Origin: a virus
IMG/VR virus record: IMGVR_UViG_3300032246_001967
Span: 32,001-96,000 of that record
Length of the DNA: 64,000 nucleotides
Strand: one strand, 5' to 3'
Position 1 is the stretch's first letter. Each line of letters begins with the position of its first letter. Below the pieces are notes generated by a model. The model was not told the origin of the DNA. It saw nothing but the letters and a program-made list of their open reading frames with translations, and made no database searches. Of this stretch, positions 49,439 through 58,422 are shown piece by piece. The position numbers were made by a program, and so were the translations under genes.

Positions 49439-51295
49439 ATGTTAACCACAGAATCACAAATTTTGTCTGAGATCACTACTCACCTTAAATATGCCAAATT
49501 CGTTCCTGAAAAGCATAGACGGGAAACATGGGATGAGTTAGTTACAAGAAACAAAGAAATGCACTTAGCAAAGTTTCCCTTACTGGCTGAAGAAATTGAA
49601 GCCGCGTACAAGTATGTTTATGATAAGAAAGTATTACCATCAATGCGTTCAATGCAGTTTGCTGGTAAGCCTATTGAAATAAACAACGCTCGTATTTTTA
49701 ACTGTTCTTATTTACCAATTGATGATTATAGAGCATTTTCTGAAATCATGTTCTTATTACTTTCAGGTTGTGGAGTAGGATATTCAGTTCAAACTCATCA
49801 TGTTGAAAAATTACCTGAGATTAGAAAACCACTTAAATCAAAACGTTATTTAGTAGGTGATTCTATTGAAGGATGGGCTGATGCAGTTAGAATGTTAACT
49901 AAAGCTTATTTTGGTTTTACATCAACTGCTCCATTATTTGATTTTAGAGATATTAGAGCAAAAGGGGCTTCATTAATCACTGTGGGAGGTAAAGCACCCG
50001 GTCCAGAACCATTAAAAATTGCTTTGATTCATATGCAAGCGATTTTAGACCGTAAACAAGATGGTGAGAGATTAACAACAGTTGAATGTCATGATATTAT
50101 TTGCCATTTAGCAGATGCTGTTTTATCCGGAGGAATTCGTAGAGCTGCTCTTATTGCGTTATTTAATTTACATGATGAAAATATGTTGACTTGTAAATTT
50201 GGAAATTGGTGGGAAGATAATCCACAAAGAGGTAGAGCAAATAACTCAGCAGTATTACTTCGTAATAAAATTGACAAAGACACATTTTTAAATCTTTGGA
50301 AGAAAATTGAAGCATCTAATAGTGGTGAACCAGGCTTCTTATTTACAAATGATAAAGATGCAGGAACTAATCCATGTGCTGAAATTAATTTGAAAGCTAA
50401 TCAATTCTGTAACTTATGTGAAATCAATGCTTCAGATATTGAAACACAAGAAGAATATAATGCGAGAGCTAAAGCAGCAGCATTTATCGGTACATTACAA
50501 GCTTCATATACTGATTTCCATTATTTGAGAGACATTTGGAGAAAAACAACTGAAAAAGAAGCATTATTAGGTATTGGAATGACAGGTATCGCTTCAGGCG
50601 CTGTATTTAAATTAAACATGAAGGAAGCAGCTAAAGTAGCAGTAGCAGAAAACGAAAGAGTAGCAGCTATTTTAGGTATTAATAAAGCAGCTCGTGTTAC
50701 AACAGTTAAACCATCAGGAACTACTTCATTAGTGTTAGGTACTAGTTCAGGTATTCACGCTTGGCATGATGATTTCTATTTACGTAGAATCCGTTTAGGT
50801 AAAAATGAAGCATTATATACTTACCTAAGTGTGTATCATCCTGAAATGTTAGAAGATGATTTCTTTAAACCAACATTACAATCTATTGTTGCTGTTCCTC
50901 AACGTGCTCCAGAAGGTGCTATTACTCGTAAAGAATCAGCTATGGATTTATTAGAGCGTATTAAAACCATTAATAAAGAATGGATTAAACCAGGACATAG
51001 AAAAGGAGCTAATATGCATAACGTATCTGCTACAGTAACTATTAAACATGATGAATGGGATATGGTAGGAGATTGGTTATATGAAAATAAAGAGTATTTT
51101 ACTGCGTTATCTTTCTTACCATTTGATGGACACACTTATAAACAAGCCCCTTATGAAACAATTACTGAAGAGCAATTCAATGAAGCCGTTAAATCACTTC
51201 ATAAAGTAGATCTTTCTAAAGTAATTGAAATGACAGACAACACAGCTTTGATGGACCAACAAGCGTGTATAGGAGGAGCCTGCGAAATAGTGTAA
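49439..51295 (+). CDS. nrdJ: Class II (B12-dependent) ribonucleotide reductase
   Basis: PSMR, FNC, GGIRRAA, TNPCAEI, CNL, VKPSGT, C-terminal C.GGACE; no small subunit nearby. Confidence 0.9.
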   Translation: MLTTESQILSEITTHLKYAKFVPEKHRRETWDELVTRNKEMHLAKFPLLAEEIEAAYKYVYDKKVLPSMRSMQFAGKPIEINNARIFNCSYLPIDDYRAFSEIMFLLLSGCGVGYSVQTHHVEKLPEIRKPLKSKRYLVGDSIEGWADAVRMLTKAYFGFTSTAPLFDFRDIRAKGASLITVGGKAPGPEPLKIALIHMQAILDRKQDGERLTTVECHDIICHLADAVLSGGIRRAALIALFNLHDENMLTCKFGNWWEDNPQRGRANNSAVLLRNKIDKDTFLNLWKKIEASNSGEPGFLFTNDKDAGTNPCAEINLKANQFCNLCEINASDIETQEEYNARAKAAAFIGTLQASYTDFHYLRDIWRKTTEKEALLGIGMTGIASGAVFKLNMKEAAKVAVAENERVAAILGINKAARVTTVKPSGTTSLVLGTSSGIHAWHDDFYLRRIRLGKNEALYTYLSVYHPEMLEDDFFKPTLQSIVAVPQRAPEGAITRKESAMDLLERIKTINKEWIKPGHRKGANMHNVSATVTIKHDEWDMVGDWLYENKEYFTALSFLPFDGHTYKQAPYETITEEQFNEAVKSLHKVDLSKVIEMTDNTALMDQQACIGGACEIV

Positions 51296-51327
51296 AAAAA
51301 ACGCTTGATTTAAAATCCAACGCCTTT

Positions 51328-51363
51328 TGAGACTCCGTAATATTTATAATAAACGGAGTCTCA
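51328..51363 (+). promoter_or_regulatory. Hairpin with late promoter in its loop, next to endonuclease start
   Basis: TGAGACTCCGT/ACGGAGTCTCA perfect 11-bp stem, loop AATATTTATAATAA, ATG at 51366. Confidence 0.8.
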
Positions 51364-51365
51364 TT

Positions 51366-51962
51366 ATGCGTAAATCAAAATATGAAAATTATTTCAAATT
51401 AGGACAAAAATTTGGAAAATGGGAAATTATAGATACTGATATTATCCCACATGAAAAAACAAAAGAATCTCAAATAAAATGTCAATGTAATTGTGGATTT
51501 GAAAAATTAGTTTATTGTCTTACTTTAGTAAAAGGACAATCAACTGCTTGTTTTAATTGTGGTCATGGTAATAAAGGTGAATCTAATTCTAAATGGAAAG
51601 GATATAAAGAGGTACCTGGGGCTTTTATTAATAGAATAACAAATAGGAGTAAAAAAGCAAATAGAGAAGTAGAAATAACTGCTGAAGATATATATAATCT
51701 TTGGATAAAACAGAATAAAAAATGTGCCTTATCCGGTTTACCTATTGATTTTATTAATACAAATCCAGGTAATATTAATAGAAAAGAAAGTAAATACGAT
51801 TTAATATGTACCGCTTCTTTAGACAGAATAGATTCAAACAAAGGATATATAAAAGATAATATCCAGTTAGTACATAAAGATGTAAATATGATAAAAAAAG
51901 AATATGATCAAAATTATTTTTTAAATCTTTGTAAACTTATAACAGAACATAATATTTATTAA
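51366..51962 (+). CDS. HNH-like homing endonuclease
   Basis: C.C.CG...C..C, Q..KCALSG, SLDRIDSNKGYIKDNIQLV...N..K. Confidence 0.8.
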   Translation: MRKSKYENYFKLGQKFGKWEIIDTDIIPHEKTKESQIKCQCNCGFEKLVYCLTLVKGQSTACFNCGHGNKGESNSKWKGYKEVPGAFINRITNRSKKANREVEITAEDIYNLWIKQNKKCALSGLPIDFINTNPGNINRKESKYDLICTASLDRIDSNKGYIKDNIQLVHKDVNMIKKEYDQNYFLNLCKLITEHNIY

Positions 51963-51963
51963 C

Positions 51964-52221
51964 ATGGGTAATTTTGATTTAAAAAAATATTTAATAGAAA
52001 ATAGAGATATCTCTAAAAAAGTAATAAATGAAGTTGATGGTGAACCTTTTGATTATGAATGGGGAAAAGGTGTTAGCGTAGGAGGAATAACTCCTTCATC
52101 TTTGACATTTTATTTTGATAAAAAACTAAACAAACTAATTTATAAATATGATAATACATCTGGAATTTTATCCAGTACCGATTTAAAACAATTACACGAT
52201 TTTTTAAGTCAATATATTTAA
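51964..52221 (+). CDS. Small late protein with NFDLKxYL leader
   Basis: MGNFDLKKYLIEN matches the leader of 2247-2885; TATTTATT just upstream. Confidence 0.55.
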   Translation: MGNFDLKKYLIENRDISKKVINEVDGEPFDYEWGKGVSVGGITPSSLTFYFDKKLNKLIYKYDNTSGILSSTDLKQLHDFLSQYI

Positions 52222-52241
52222 CAATAAAAAACATTCAACAT

Positions 52242-52278
52242 AAGCTTGGGAAACCAAGCTTTCTTTTTTATATTTATA
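52242..52278 (+). promoter_or_regulatory. Terminator hairpin fused with promoter
   Basis: AAGCTTGG-GAAA-CCAAGCTT plus T-run; TTGG-N19-TATATT; also TATTTATA at 52271-52278. Confidence 0.7.
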
Positions 52279-52280
52279 TT

Positions 52281-52547
52281 ATGAAAAAAATTAATATTGA
52301 AGAATATAATAACATGTGTTTTGAGTTTCTTTATGGATACACTCAAAACTTAGAAAATATAAAATTCGATTCTGATTGGAATAACATAATGAAAATTGTT
52401 AAAAAAATTTATTCTTATTTAGAACCTAGTCATAATCTAAAATTTGATCTTATACAAAGAGTAGGTAGAGGTGATATAGAAGGAACAATAAAAATAATAT
52501 GGGAATTTTTAAACAATGATGTGAAAAATCATGTTCCAAAAAATTAA
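52281..52547 (+). CDS. Hypothetical protein
   Basis: ORF after promoter; F.SDWN.IM..V.KI motif. Confidence 0.55.
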   Translation: MKKINIEEYNNMCFEFLYGYTQNLENIKFDSDWNNIMKIVKKIYSYLEPSHNLKFDLIQRVGRGDIEGTIKIIWEFLNNDVKNHVPKN

Positions 52548-53718
52548 AAACCGAATATTTCCTTTTATTATAGCGTTATCTGCTTTATCAGTAAGTTTAA
52601 CCGCTGCTTATTATAGCGTTACAGGTTTAAGTATGTTGTTTGCTGGAGCTAGTTTTGCTGTAATAATTATGGCTTCTTCTTTAGAAGTAGCTAAATTAGT
52701 AATTGCTTCTTTATTATATCAATATAGAAACACTTTACCTAAATTATTAAAAGTTTATTTAACCATTGCTGCTGTTGTGTTAGTACTAATTACATCAGCA
52801 GGTATTTATGGTTACTTATCTTCAGCATACCAAAAAACAGCAGACCAAACTAGTATTATAGAGTCTAAAGTAGCATCCTTAGAATCCAAAAAGAAATTAT
52901 TTGAGGAAACTAGAGATAATATTTTAAAAGAAAAACAATCTATTGCTACTTTACAAGGTACTTTATCTCAAGCTTCAACTACTCAATTTACCGATAAAAA
53001 AGGTAATTTAGTAGTAAAATCTAATAATGCTGCTATTCGTAATATTGAATCTGCATCTAAATCAAACGATAAATTATCTTCTAAAATAGATGTTGTAAAT
53101 GATTCTATATTTTCTATTGAATCTAAAATATTAGAAATTAAAACAACAGCAGTTGGAGAAAGTGAATTAGGTCCTTTAAAATATTTAAGTGCACTTACAG
53201 GAGTACCTATGGAAAAAATCATCAACTGGTATATTTTAGTTATTATATTTGTGTTTGACCCTTTAGCTATATCTTTAGTAATCGCAGCTAACTTTGCTTT
53301 CGCTAAACTAAAACAAAATGAACTTATGACTGAAATAATCCAGAGAGATCAAGAAATGGGTCTCTATGATAATAAAGATTTAGAGGAAATGAAGGAATGG
53401 GAAAAAGCTAGTTTAGAAGATTACATTGATCCTGAAGAAAAAGAATATGAGATCTATAAAGAACAGGATAAGGAATTTCAACAAAAAGAAGAACCTCAAC
53501 CTCAACCAGAACCTAAAGAAGAAGATGATTGGGTTATTATAGATGAAGATACTGAACGGGAAAAAGAAGTAGAAGCTGCTTTAGATAAAATTGAGGCTTT
53601 AACTAGCAATATAAGTAGTCCTGAAAATTTTAAAAAAGAAGCAACATTAAATGAAATTAGAAAATTAAAAGATTTTTTAAAATCAAATAATAAAGAAAAC
53701 ACTATAACTTATTTTTAA
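52531..53718 (+). CDS. Multi-pass membrane protein with coiled coil
   Basis: Three N-terminal hydrophobic helices, coiled coil, GPLKYL, IIFVFDPLAI, acidic tail. Confidence 0.65.
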   Translation: MFQKIKNRIFPFIIALSALSVSLTAAYYSVTGLSMLFAGASFAVIIMASSLEVAKLVIASLLYQYRNTLPKLLKVYLTIAAVVLVLITSAGIYGYLSSAYQKTADQTSIIESKVASLESKKKLFEETRDNILKEKQSIATLQGTLSQASTTQFTDKKGNLVVKSNNAAIRNIESASKSNDKLSSKIDVVNDSIFSIESKILEIKTTAVGESELGPLKYLSALTGVPMEKIINWYILVIIFVFDPLAISLVIAANFAFAKLKQNELMTEIIQRDQEMGLYDNKDLEEMKEWEKASLEDYIDPEEKEYEIYKEQDKEFQQKEEPQPQPEPKEEDDWVIIDEDTEREKEVEAALDKIEALTSNISSPENFKKEATLNEIRKLKDFLKSNNKENTITYF

Positions 53719-53721
53719 AGA

Positions 53722-53760
53722 AAGGGCTTGGCTTTGCCAAGCCTTTTTGTTATATTTATA
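53722..53760 (+). promoter_or_regulatory. Terminator hairpin fused with promoter
   Basis: GGCTTGGC-TTT-GCCAAGCC plus T-run; TTGG 53728-53731, TATATT 53751-53756. Confidence 0.7.
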
Positions 53761-53774
53761 TCATAATAAAGGTT

Positions 53775-54005
53775 ATGATGAATCAAGAAGATATTTACCA
53801 AGCAGAACAAGAATTAGTTCGTTTTAATGAATTAATGAGTAAAGAAGTTCTTACTCAAGAAGAATATGAGTTTTGTAAAGCATGGGATGCTGAAGAAGCT
53901 AAAAATTTAGTTCATATTATTTGGAATAATACTTATTTAAACTTAAATTTATATTCTGAGGCAGACAAAGAAGAATCTGATCTAAGAAAGGAAATGGGAA
54001 TTTAA
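53775..54005 (+). CDS. Hypothetical acidic protein
   Basis: ORF after promoter, GGTTATG start. Confidence 0.55.
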   Translation: MMNQEDIYQAEQELVRFNELMSKEVLTQEEYEFCKAWDAEEAKNLVHIIWNNTYLNLNLYSEADKEESDLRKEMGI

Positions 54006-54006
54006 T

Positions 54007-54486
54007 ATGCATTCAAGAGAAGTTATTCAAAAACATTTATCCAAATTACAAAAACTAAATTATAACCAATTCAGATGGTGGAGAAACTATAGTGTCCCAA
54101 AACCATTACCTAAATCTACTCATATTGAAAAAAGAATAGATAATGGTGATTTTGAACCATCTCCTTATTTTTGGATGGCTCAATCAGCATTATGGGAAAA
54201 ACACGATAGTGATAATTCAGGATTGACAGATTATGAAAGAGCTAAACGGGGTGGTTTATTGTTAGGTAAATATGAGCGTTTAATGGCTGATTTTGAATCA
54301 GATGATAAAGATAGATTAGATAATTTTATCCATGCTATTTATGATTATTTTGAAATAGACAAAGATGTTGCTGAAGAAGAGATTAAAGCGTTTGGCTTGT
54401 CTGTGAAAGATTATTATATTTATGCTAATAAAAAATACACAGTAAGGAGAGTAGCTCCTAAAAGACGTGGAAGACCTAAAAAATAA
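54007..54486 (+). CDS. Hypothetical protein with C-terminal AT-hook
   Basis: Ends PKRRGRPKK. Confidence 0.55.
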   Translation: MHSREVIQKHLSKLQKLNYNQFRWWRNYSVPKPLPKSTHIEKRIDNGDFEPSPYFWMAQSALWEKHDSDNSGLTDYERAKRGGLLLGKYERLMADFESDDKDRLDNFIHAIYDYFEIDKDVAEEEIKAFGLSVKDYYIYANKKYTVRRVAPKRRGRPKK

Positions 54487-54491
54487 GTTAT

Positions 54492-55268
54492 ATGAAGATA
54501 TCACATGAAGTTCCTATTTGTTTGCTAGATGATAGTCTAGACTTTAATGACTATCAATATTGTTTACCTCACTTGCTAGATCAAGATGAGGATTATAAAA
54601 AGTTTTTTTATGAAGCTAAAAAAGAAGGTGTTTATATTATAATGGACAACTCGCTTCATGAACTTGGTCATGCATATGATAGATCTCGTTTAATATATTG
54701 GATAAATGAGTTAAAACCAAATGAATTTATTGTACCTGACGTTTGGCAAGATACAAATGCTTCTGTAGTTAATGCTAGAGAATGGATCAATATTGAATTA
54801 CCTAATGAAGTTACTAAAGTAGCTGTTGTTCAAGCTACTAATTATACCGATGCTGCTGTTTGCTATCAGATTTATAAGGATCTAGGTTATAAGAAAATTG
54901 CCTTTTCATATGGTGCTGAATATTATTTAAATCATTCACATCATCCTAATAAAAATTTAGCTAAAGCATTAGGTCGTATTGAGGTAGTTAGTAGAATGTA
55001 TGATATGGGTTTAATTAAATCAACAGATAGAGTACATTTATTAGGTTGTCAAGTACCTCAAGAATTTAGTTGGTATAAAGGTATGAATTTTATCGAAACT
55101 ATTGATACATCAAATCCTATTATGGCTACTTTAGATGGTATTCAATACGGTCATAATGGTTTAAGAGAAAAACCAAAATCAAATATGAATGATAATTTTT
55201 ATACTACAGAAATTGATTATAACTTACTTGATTGGAATTTGAGAATGTTTAGAAAATTATTAAAATAA
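54492..55268 (+). CDS. TGT-fold protein, probable DpdA-type DNA deazaguanine transglycosylase
   Basis: IMDNS, PD, V.Q, VHLLG, IDTS motifs of TGT/DpdA barrels; close to queCDE/folE. Confidence 0.6.
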   Translation: MKISHEVPICLLDDSLDFNDYQYCLPHLLDQDEDYKKFFYEAKKEGVYIIMDNSLHELGHAYDRSRLIYWINELKPNEFIVPDVWQDTNASVVNAREWINIELPNEVTKVAVVQATNYTDAAVCYQIYKDLGYKKIAFSYGAEYYLNHSHHPNKNLAKALGRIEVVSRMYDMGLIKSTDRVHLLGCQVPQEFSWYKGMNFIETIDTSNPIMATLDGIQYGHNGLREKPKSNMNDNFYTTEIDYNLLDWNLRMFRKLLK

Positions 55269-55747
55269 TGCAAGTATTTTTACCATACCCCGACTTTAAA
55301 ACATCTTTAGAATCTCTAGACGATAAACGTTTAGGTAAACAAAGAGTTGAAACTTATCAATTAATTGCTGGTTTAGAAGGTAGACCAACATTAACTGGTA
55401 AAGCATATTCTAAAGGCCGAGTTAACCACCCTATAAGCCAGATGTTTAGAGATAATATACCTGCGTTGAAACAATATTTAAACGACTCTATAGACGTTTG
55501 GGTTGCTCGAGGTAAAAATAACACTATGAAAAAAGAAGTGATTAATGAAGAAATCATTATGCCTGTTTGGTTTGGTGATTCTGATTTTCATAAATCACAT
55601 AGAGCAAATCTTTTAAGAAAAGATGCTATTTATTATGGCGCGCATGGTTGGACAGATAATCCTACTTTACCTTATAGATGGTATGATATGGATAAAAAAC
55701 AATGGTATGACCAAACAGCAGGAACTAAAGAAAAAATATATATTTAA
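55268..55747 (+). CDS. Pyrimidine-dimer glycosylase/DenV-like family protein
   Basis: MQ.FLP, LD.KRLGKQRVE, NHP, W..RG, SHR.NLLRKD. Confidence 0.7.
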   Translation: MQVFLPYPDFKTSLESLDDKRLGKQRVETYQLIAGLEGRPTLTGKAYSKGRVNHPISQMFRDNIPALKQYLNDSIDVWVARGKNNTMKKEVINEEIIMPVWFGDSDFHKSHRANLLRKDAIYYGAHGWTDNPTLPYRWYDMDKKQWYDQTAGTKEKIYI

Positions 55748-55754
55748 ATAAGTT

Positions 55755-55979
55755 ATGGAAGAAATGTTATCACTTTATGATTACCTAGGAAAACCAGCAG
55801 GTAAAGAATTAGGAGGAGATGTATTTAAATCTGCTTCATCTAAAAATGTCCCTTATTCACTTCGTGAAATCTCAAACATTAAATATAAAGGTAAAGTAAT
55901 GCTTTATCCTAAATGGTTTTTAGACGAATATTTTAACAAAACAACTCAAAACTATGAAACAGACGACCTCCCCTTCTAA
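55755..55979 (+). CDS. Small protein with SSB-like DDLPF tail
   Basis: SLYDYLGK.AG.ELG; ends ETDDLPF. Confidence 0.6.
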   Translation: MEEMLSLYDYLGKPAGKELGGDVFKSASSKNVPYSLREISNIKYKGKVMLYPKWFLDEYFNKTTQNYETDDLPF

Positions 55980-55983
55980 ACAA

Positions 55984-56115
55984 ATGAAAGACATCAATCC
56001 AGCTTGGGAAGCAGAGATTAAAAAAACATTAGATGCTTTGTGGGAAAATAGACATCGCCTAAGTTTGGCTAATGTAGAACTTTTACGTAGATTTGCTAAC
56101 AAAACAAAATTATAA
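55984..56115 (+). CDS. Small hypothetical protein (43 aa, not in ORF track)
   Basis: MKDINPAWEAEIKKTLDALWENRHRL...; fills the gap between neighbours. Confidence 0.5.
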   Translation: MKDINPAWEAEIKKTLDALWENRHRLSLANVELLRRFANKTKL

Positions 56116-56116
56116 T

Positions 56117-56554
56117 ATGGAACCACATACATTTACAACTACAGGAACATCAAACACGGCCATTGGCTATGAACAAACAGGGTACAGCGGTATAGTGACA
56201 ACCGGAAACAGTAACCTTGATTACGGAACTATTACCAACTTTAAAACCTCAGGAACAACATACACAACTGAAGGCCTTAACATACAACCCTTTACTTTTT
56301 CCCACCCAGTTGGGGGTACAACATTAACAGTAAACAATACAACAAATAATAGAATTATGCAAAACAAAGTAGCAATTTTTAAAGTAACAAGAGACGAAGA
56401 CGAAAAAATCATTAAGACCGAATTTTTAAAAGAAATGTGGGTAGAAACTAAAAACGGACAAACAGTAGATTTTCAAGTAGCTAGAGACAAAGATTTAGCT
56501 GGTTATGAAATGTCTGATTTAATTATTAAAACTATCTTTTCATTAACATTCTAA
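56117..56554 (+). CDS. Hypothetical protein with Thr-rich N-terminus
   Basis: Open frame; ATG at 56117; alternative start at 56357. Confidence 0.5.
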   Translation: MEPHTFTTTGTSNTAIGYEQTGYSGIVTTGNSNLDYGTITNFKTSGTTYTTEGLNIQPFTFSHPVGGTTLTVNNTTNNRIMQNKVAIFKVTRDEDEKIIKTEFLKEMWVETKNGQTVDFQVARDKDLAGYEMSDLIIKTIFSLTF

Positions 56555-57441
56555 TGAAGAAACAAGCAGTATTATCATTGAGTGGAGGTATGGATTCTTC
56601 CACTCTACTGCTTCATCTACTTGCCAATGGCTATGAAGTAACAGCATTATCTTTTGACTATGGTCAAAAACACTCTATTGAATTGGAGCGTGCTAAAGAA
56701 TTAGTTAATTATTTAAATCAAACCAGATATCAAAATAATAGAGCCCCAGGTCCTTTACAGGGGAGTAAAGAAGATTACTCACCAATTAAATATCAAGTAA
56801 TTAAACTTGATGGTTTAAGCCAATTGCTCAATTCAGCACTTGTAACAGGCGGAGATGAAGTTCCTGAAGGACATTATGCTGAAGAAAATATGAAAGCAAC
56901 TGTTGTTCCTAATAGGAATAAAATCTTTAGTTCAATTATTCAAGCAGTAGCTTTATCAATTGCTGAATCTAAAAATACAGATGTTCACATCGCAATGGGT
57001 ATTCATGCTGGTGATCATAGTATTTATCCTGATTGTAGACAAGAATTTAGAGACATTGATTATGAAGCTTTTAAAGTAGGTAATTGGGGTGCTGAAAAAG
57101 TAGCTTATTATACTCCTTATTTATTAGGTGATAAATTCGATATTTTAAAAGATGGAGAGAAATGTTGTGAGACATTAGGACTTGATTTTGATGAAATTTA
57201 TAGACGTACAAACACATCTTATAAACCAATGGTTCATATTGTTTTTGATAATTACGATAATCCATCACCAGAATGGTTTAGTGATTATAAATCAGCAAGT
57301 TCAGTAGAACGTGTAGAAGCATTTATGAAATTAGGTAGAAAAGATCCTGTACCTTATGCTGACGAATTTGGACCAGTAACTTGGGATTTCGTAAAAGAAT
57401 ACGTATCTTCAGTATTAGATGAGCATTCGAAGACAATATAG
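56554..57441 (+). CDS. queC: 7-cyano-7-deazaguanine synthase
   Basis: SGGMDS, FDYGQ.H..E, TVVPNRN, H.GDH..YPDCR.EF. Confidence 0.92.
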   Translation: MKKQAVLSLSGGMDSSTLLLHLLANGYEVTALSFDYGQKHSIELERAKELVNYLNQTRYQNNRAPGPLQGSKEDYSPIKYQVIKLDGLSQLLNSALVTGGDEVPEGHYAEENMKATVVPNRNKIFSSIIQAVALSIAESKNTDVHIAMGIHAGDHSIYPDCRQEFRDIDYEAFKVGNWGAEKVAYYTPYLLGDKFDILKDGEKCCETLGLDFDEIYRRTNTSYKPMVHIVFDNYDNPSPEWFSDYKSASSVERVEAFMKLGRKDPVPYADEFGPVTWDFVKEYVSSVLDEHSKTI

Positions 57442-57634
57442 AAAATCAAAACCGTATCCTCAAATGTATGTGGTACTTAATAGGCATGGAGAGGTTTATG
57501 CTGGAATGATTAAAGGACAATTACAATGGTCTTATAATTGGAATGAAGCTAAACCTCTTCATATTGAAAATACAACTAAATTGATCCAAGAAAATTTTGG
57601 ATCTGAATTAATTAAAGAAGAAGAAATTATATGA
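57419..57634 (+). CDS. Hypothetical protein
   Basis: ORF overlapping the end of queC. Confidence 0.5.
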   Translation: MSIRRQYRKSKPYPQMYVVLNRHGEVYAGMIKGQLQWSYNWNEAKPLHIENTTKLIQENFGSELIKEEEII

Positions 57635-57786
57635 ATCAACCAGACCCAAAACTACATCAGTCAATCAGCTTTTTAAAATCAGCTGTTAGAATCTCTGGTT
57701 ATGTTGCTCTATTTTGGAGCCTTAGCCTTGGAGCAATTATTTTAATTATTAGTGAACTTATAGGAATTATTGAAGAATTAGTATGA
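57631..57786 (+). CDS. Small membrane protein (51 aa, not in ORF track)
   Basis: MNQPDPKLHQSISFLKSAVRISGY...ELIGIIEELV; ATGA overlap. Confidence 0.6.
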   Translation: MNQPDPKLHQSISFLKSAVRISGYVALFWSLSLGAIILIISELIGIIEELV

Positions 57787-57791
57787 GATTG

Positions 57792-57834
57792 GTGTGTTCC
57801 TTGATTTTGTAATATTTATAAACATGGAACACAC
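57792..57834 (+). promoter_or_regulatory. Hairpin covering endonuclease ATG with late promoter in loop
   Basis: GTGTGTTCC/GGAACACAC stem; TATTTATA at 57813-57820; ATG at 57824. Confidence 0.75.
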
Positions 57835-58405
57835 TAAAATTTACTATTTACATTTTGGAGATAATATTCCTTTTTATGTTGGAAAAACTAAAAATAAATA
57901 CCATAGATTAGCTAATCATAAAAAAACATTTGGAAATAACATACATATGAAAATAATTTCCGAAGTTTTAAATTGGCGTAAATGGGAAAAATATTATATT
58001 GAAAAATTTAAAAAACAAGGATATATTCTTCAAAATAAAAATAGCGGAGGAGGAGGACCTGAAGAATGGAAAGAAGAATCAATCCAAAAACTTAAATTTC
58101 ATCCTACTAGAGGTAAAAATATAAGTAATTCTCATAAAGGAAAATCTAAATCTCATAAAGGAAAACCTCTTACTGAAGAACATAAACAAAAAATCAAACA
58201 AACCCGAGGTTTTTTAAAAAATAGAAAAAATACTTGGCAAACAATTCCTGTATTACAATATAGTTTAGAAGGTAAATTTATTAAAGAGTGGGAATCTCAA
58301 ACAGAAGCTACTAAATCTTTAAATAAAACAGGAGATGGAATAGGAGCTTGTTGTAGAGGAAGACAAAAACAAGCTTATGGTTATATTTGGAAATTTAAAA
58401 ATTAA
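57824..58405 (+). CDS. GIY-YIG homing endonuclease with NUMOD domains
   Basis: KIYYL...FYVGKT, R...H, E..YI, N...GG.G; ends AYGYIWKF. Confidence 0.85.
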   Translation: MEHTKIYYLHFGDNIPFYVGKTKNKYHRLANHKKTFGNNIHMKIISEVLNWRKWEKYYIEKFKKQGYILQNKNSGGGGPEEWKEESIQKLKFHPTRGKNISNSHKGKSKSHKGKPLTEEHKQKIKQTRGFLKNRKNTWQTIPVLQYSLEGKFIKEWESQTEATKSLNKTGDGIGACCRGRQKQAYGYIWKFKN

Positions 58406-58415
58406 ATATTATATT
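58387..58415 (+). promoter_or_regulatory. Early/middle promoter starting inside the endonuclease 3' end
   Basis: TTGG 58387-58390, TATATT 58410-58415. Confidence 0.65.
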
Positions 58416-58422
58416 AAAACAT

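Noticed and set aside
43043-58422. Group I introns or inteins around the endonucleases
   Set aside because: Flanking genes look complete, with no spare non-coding intron core or intein motifs; the nucleases appear free-standing.
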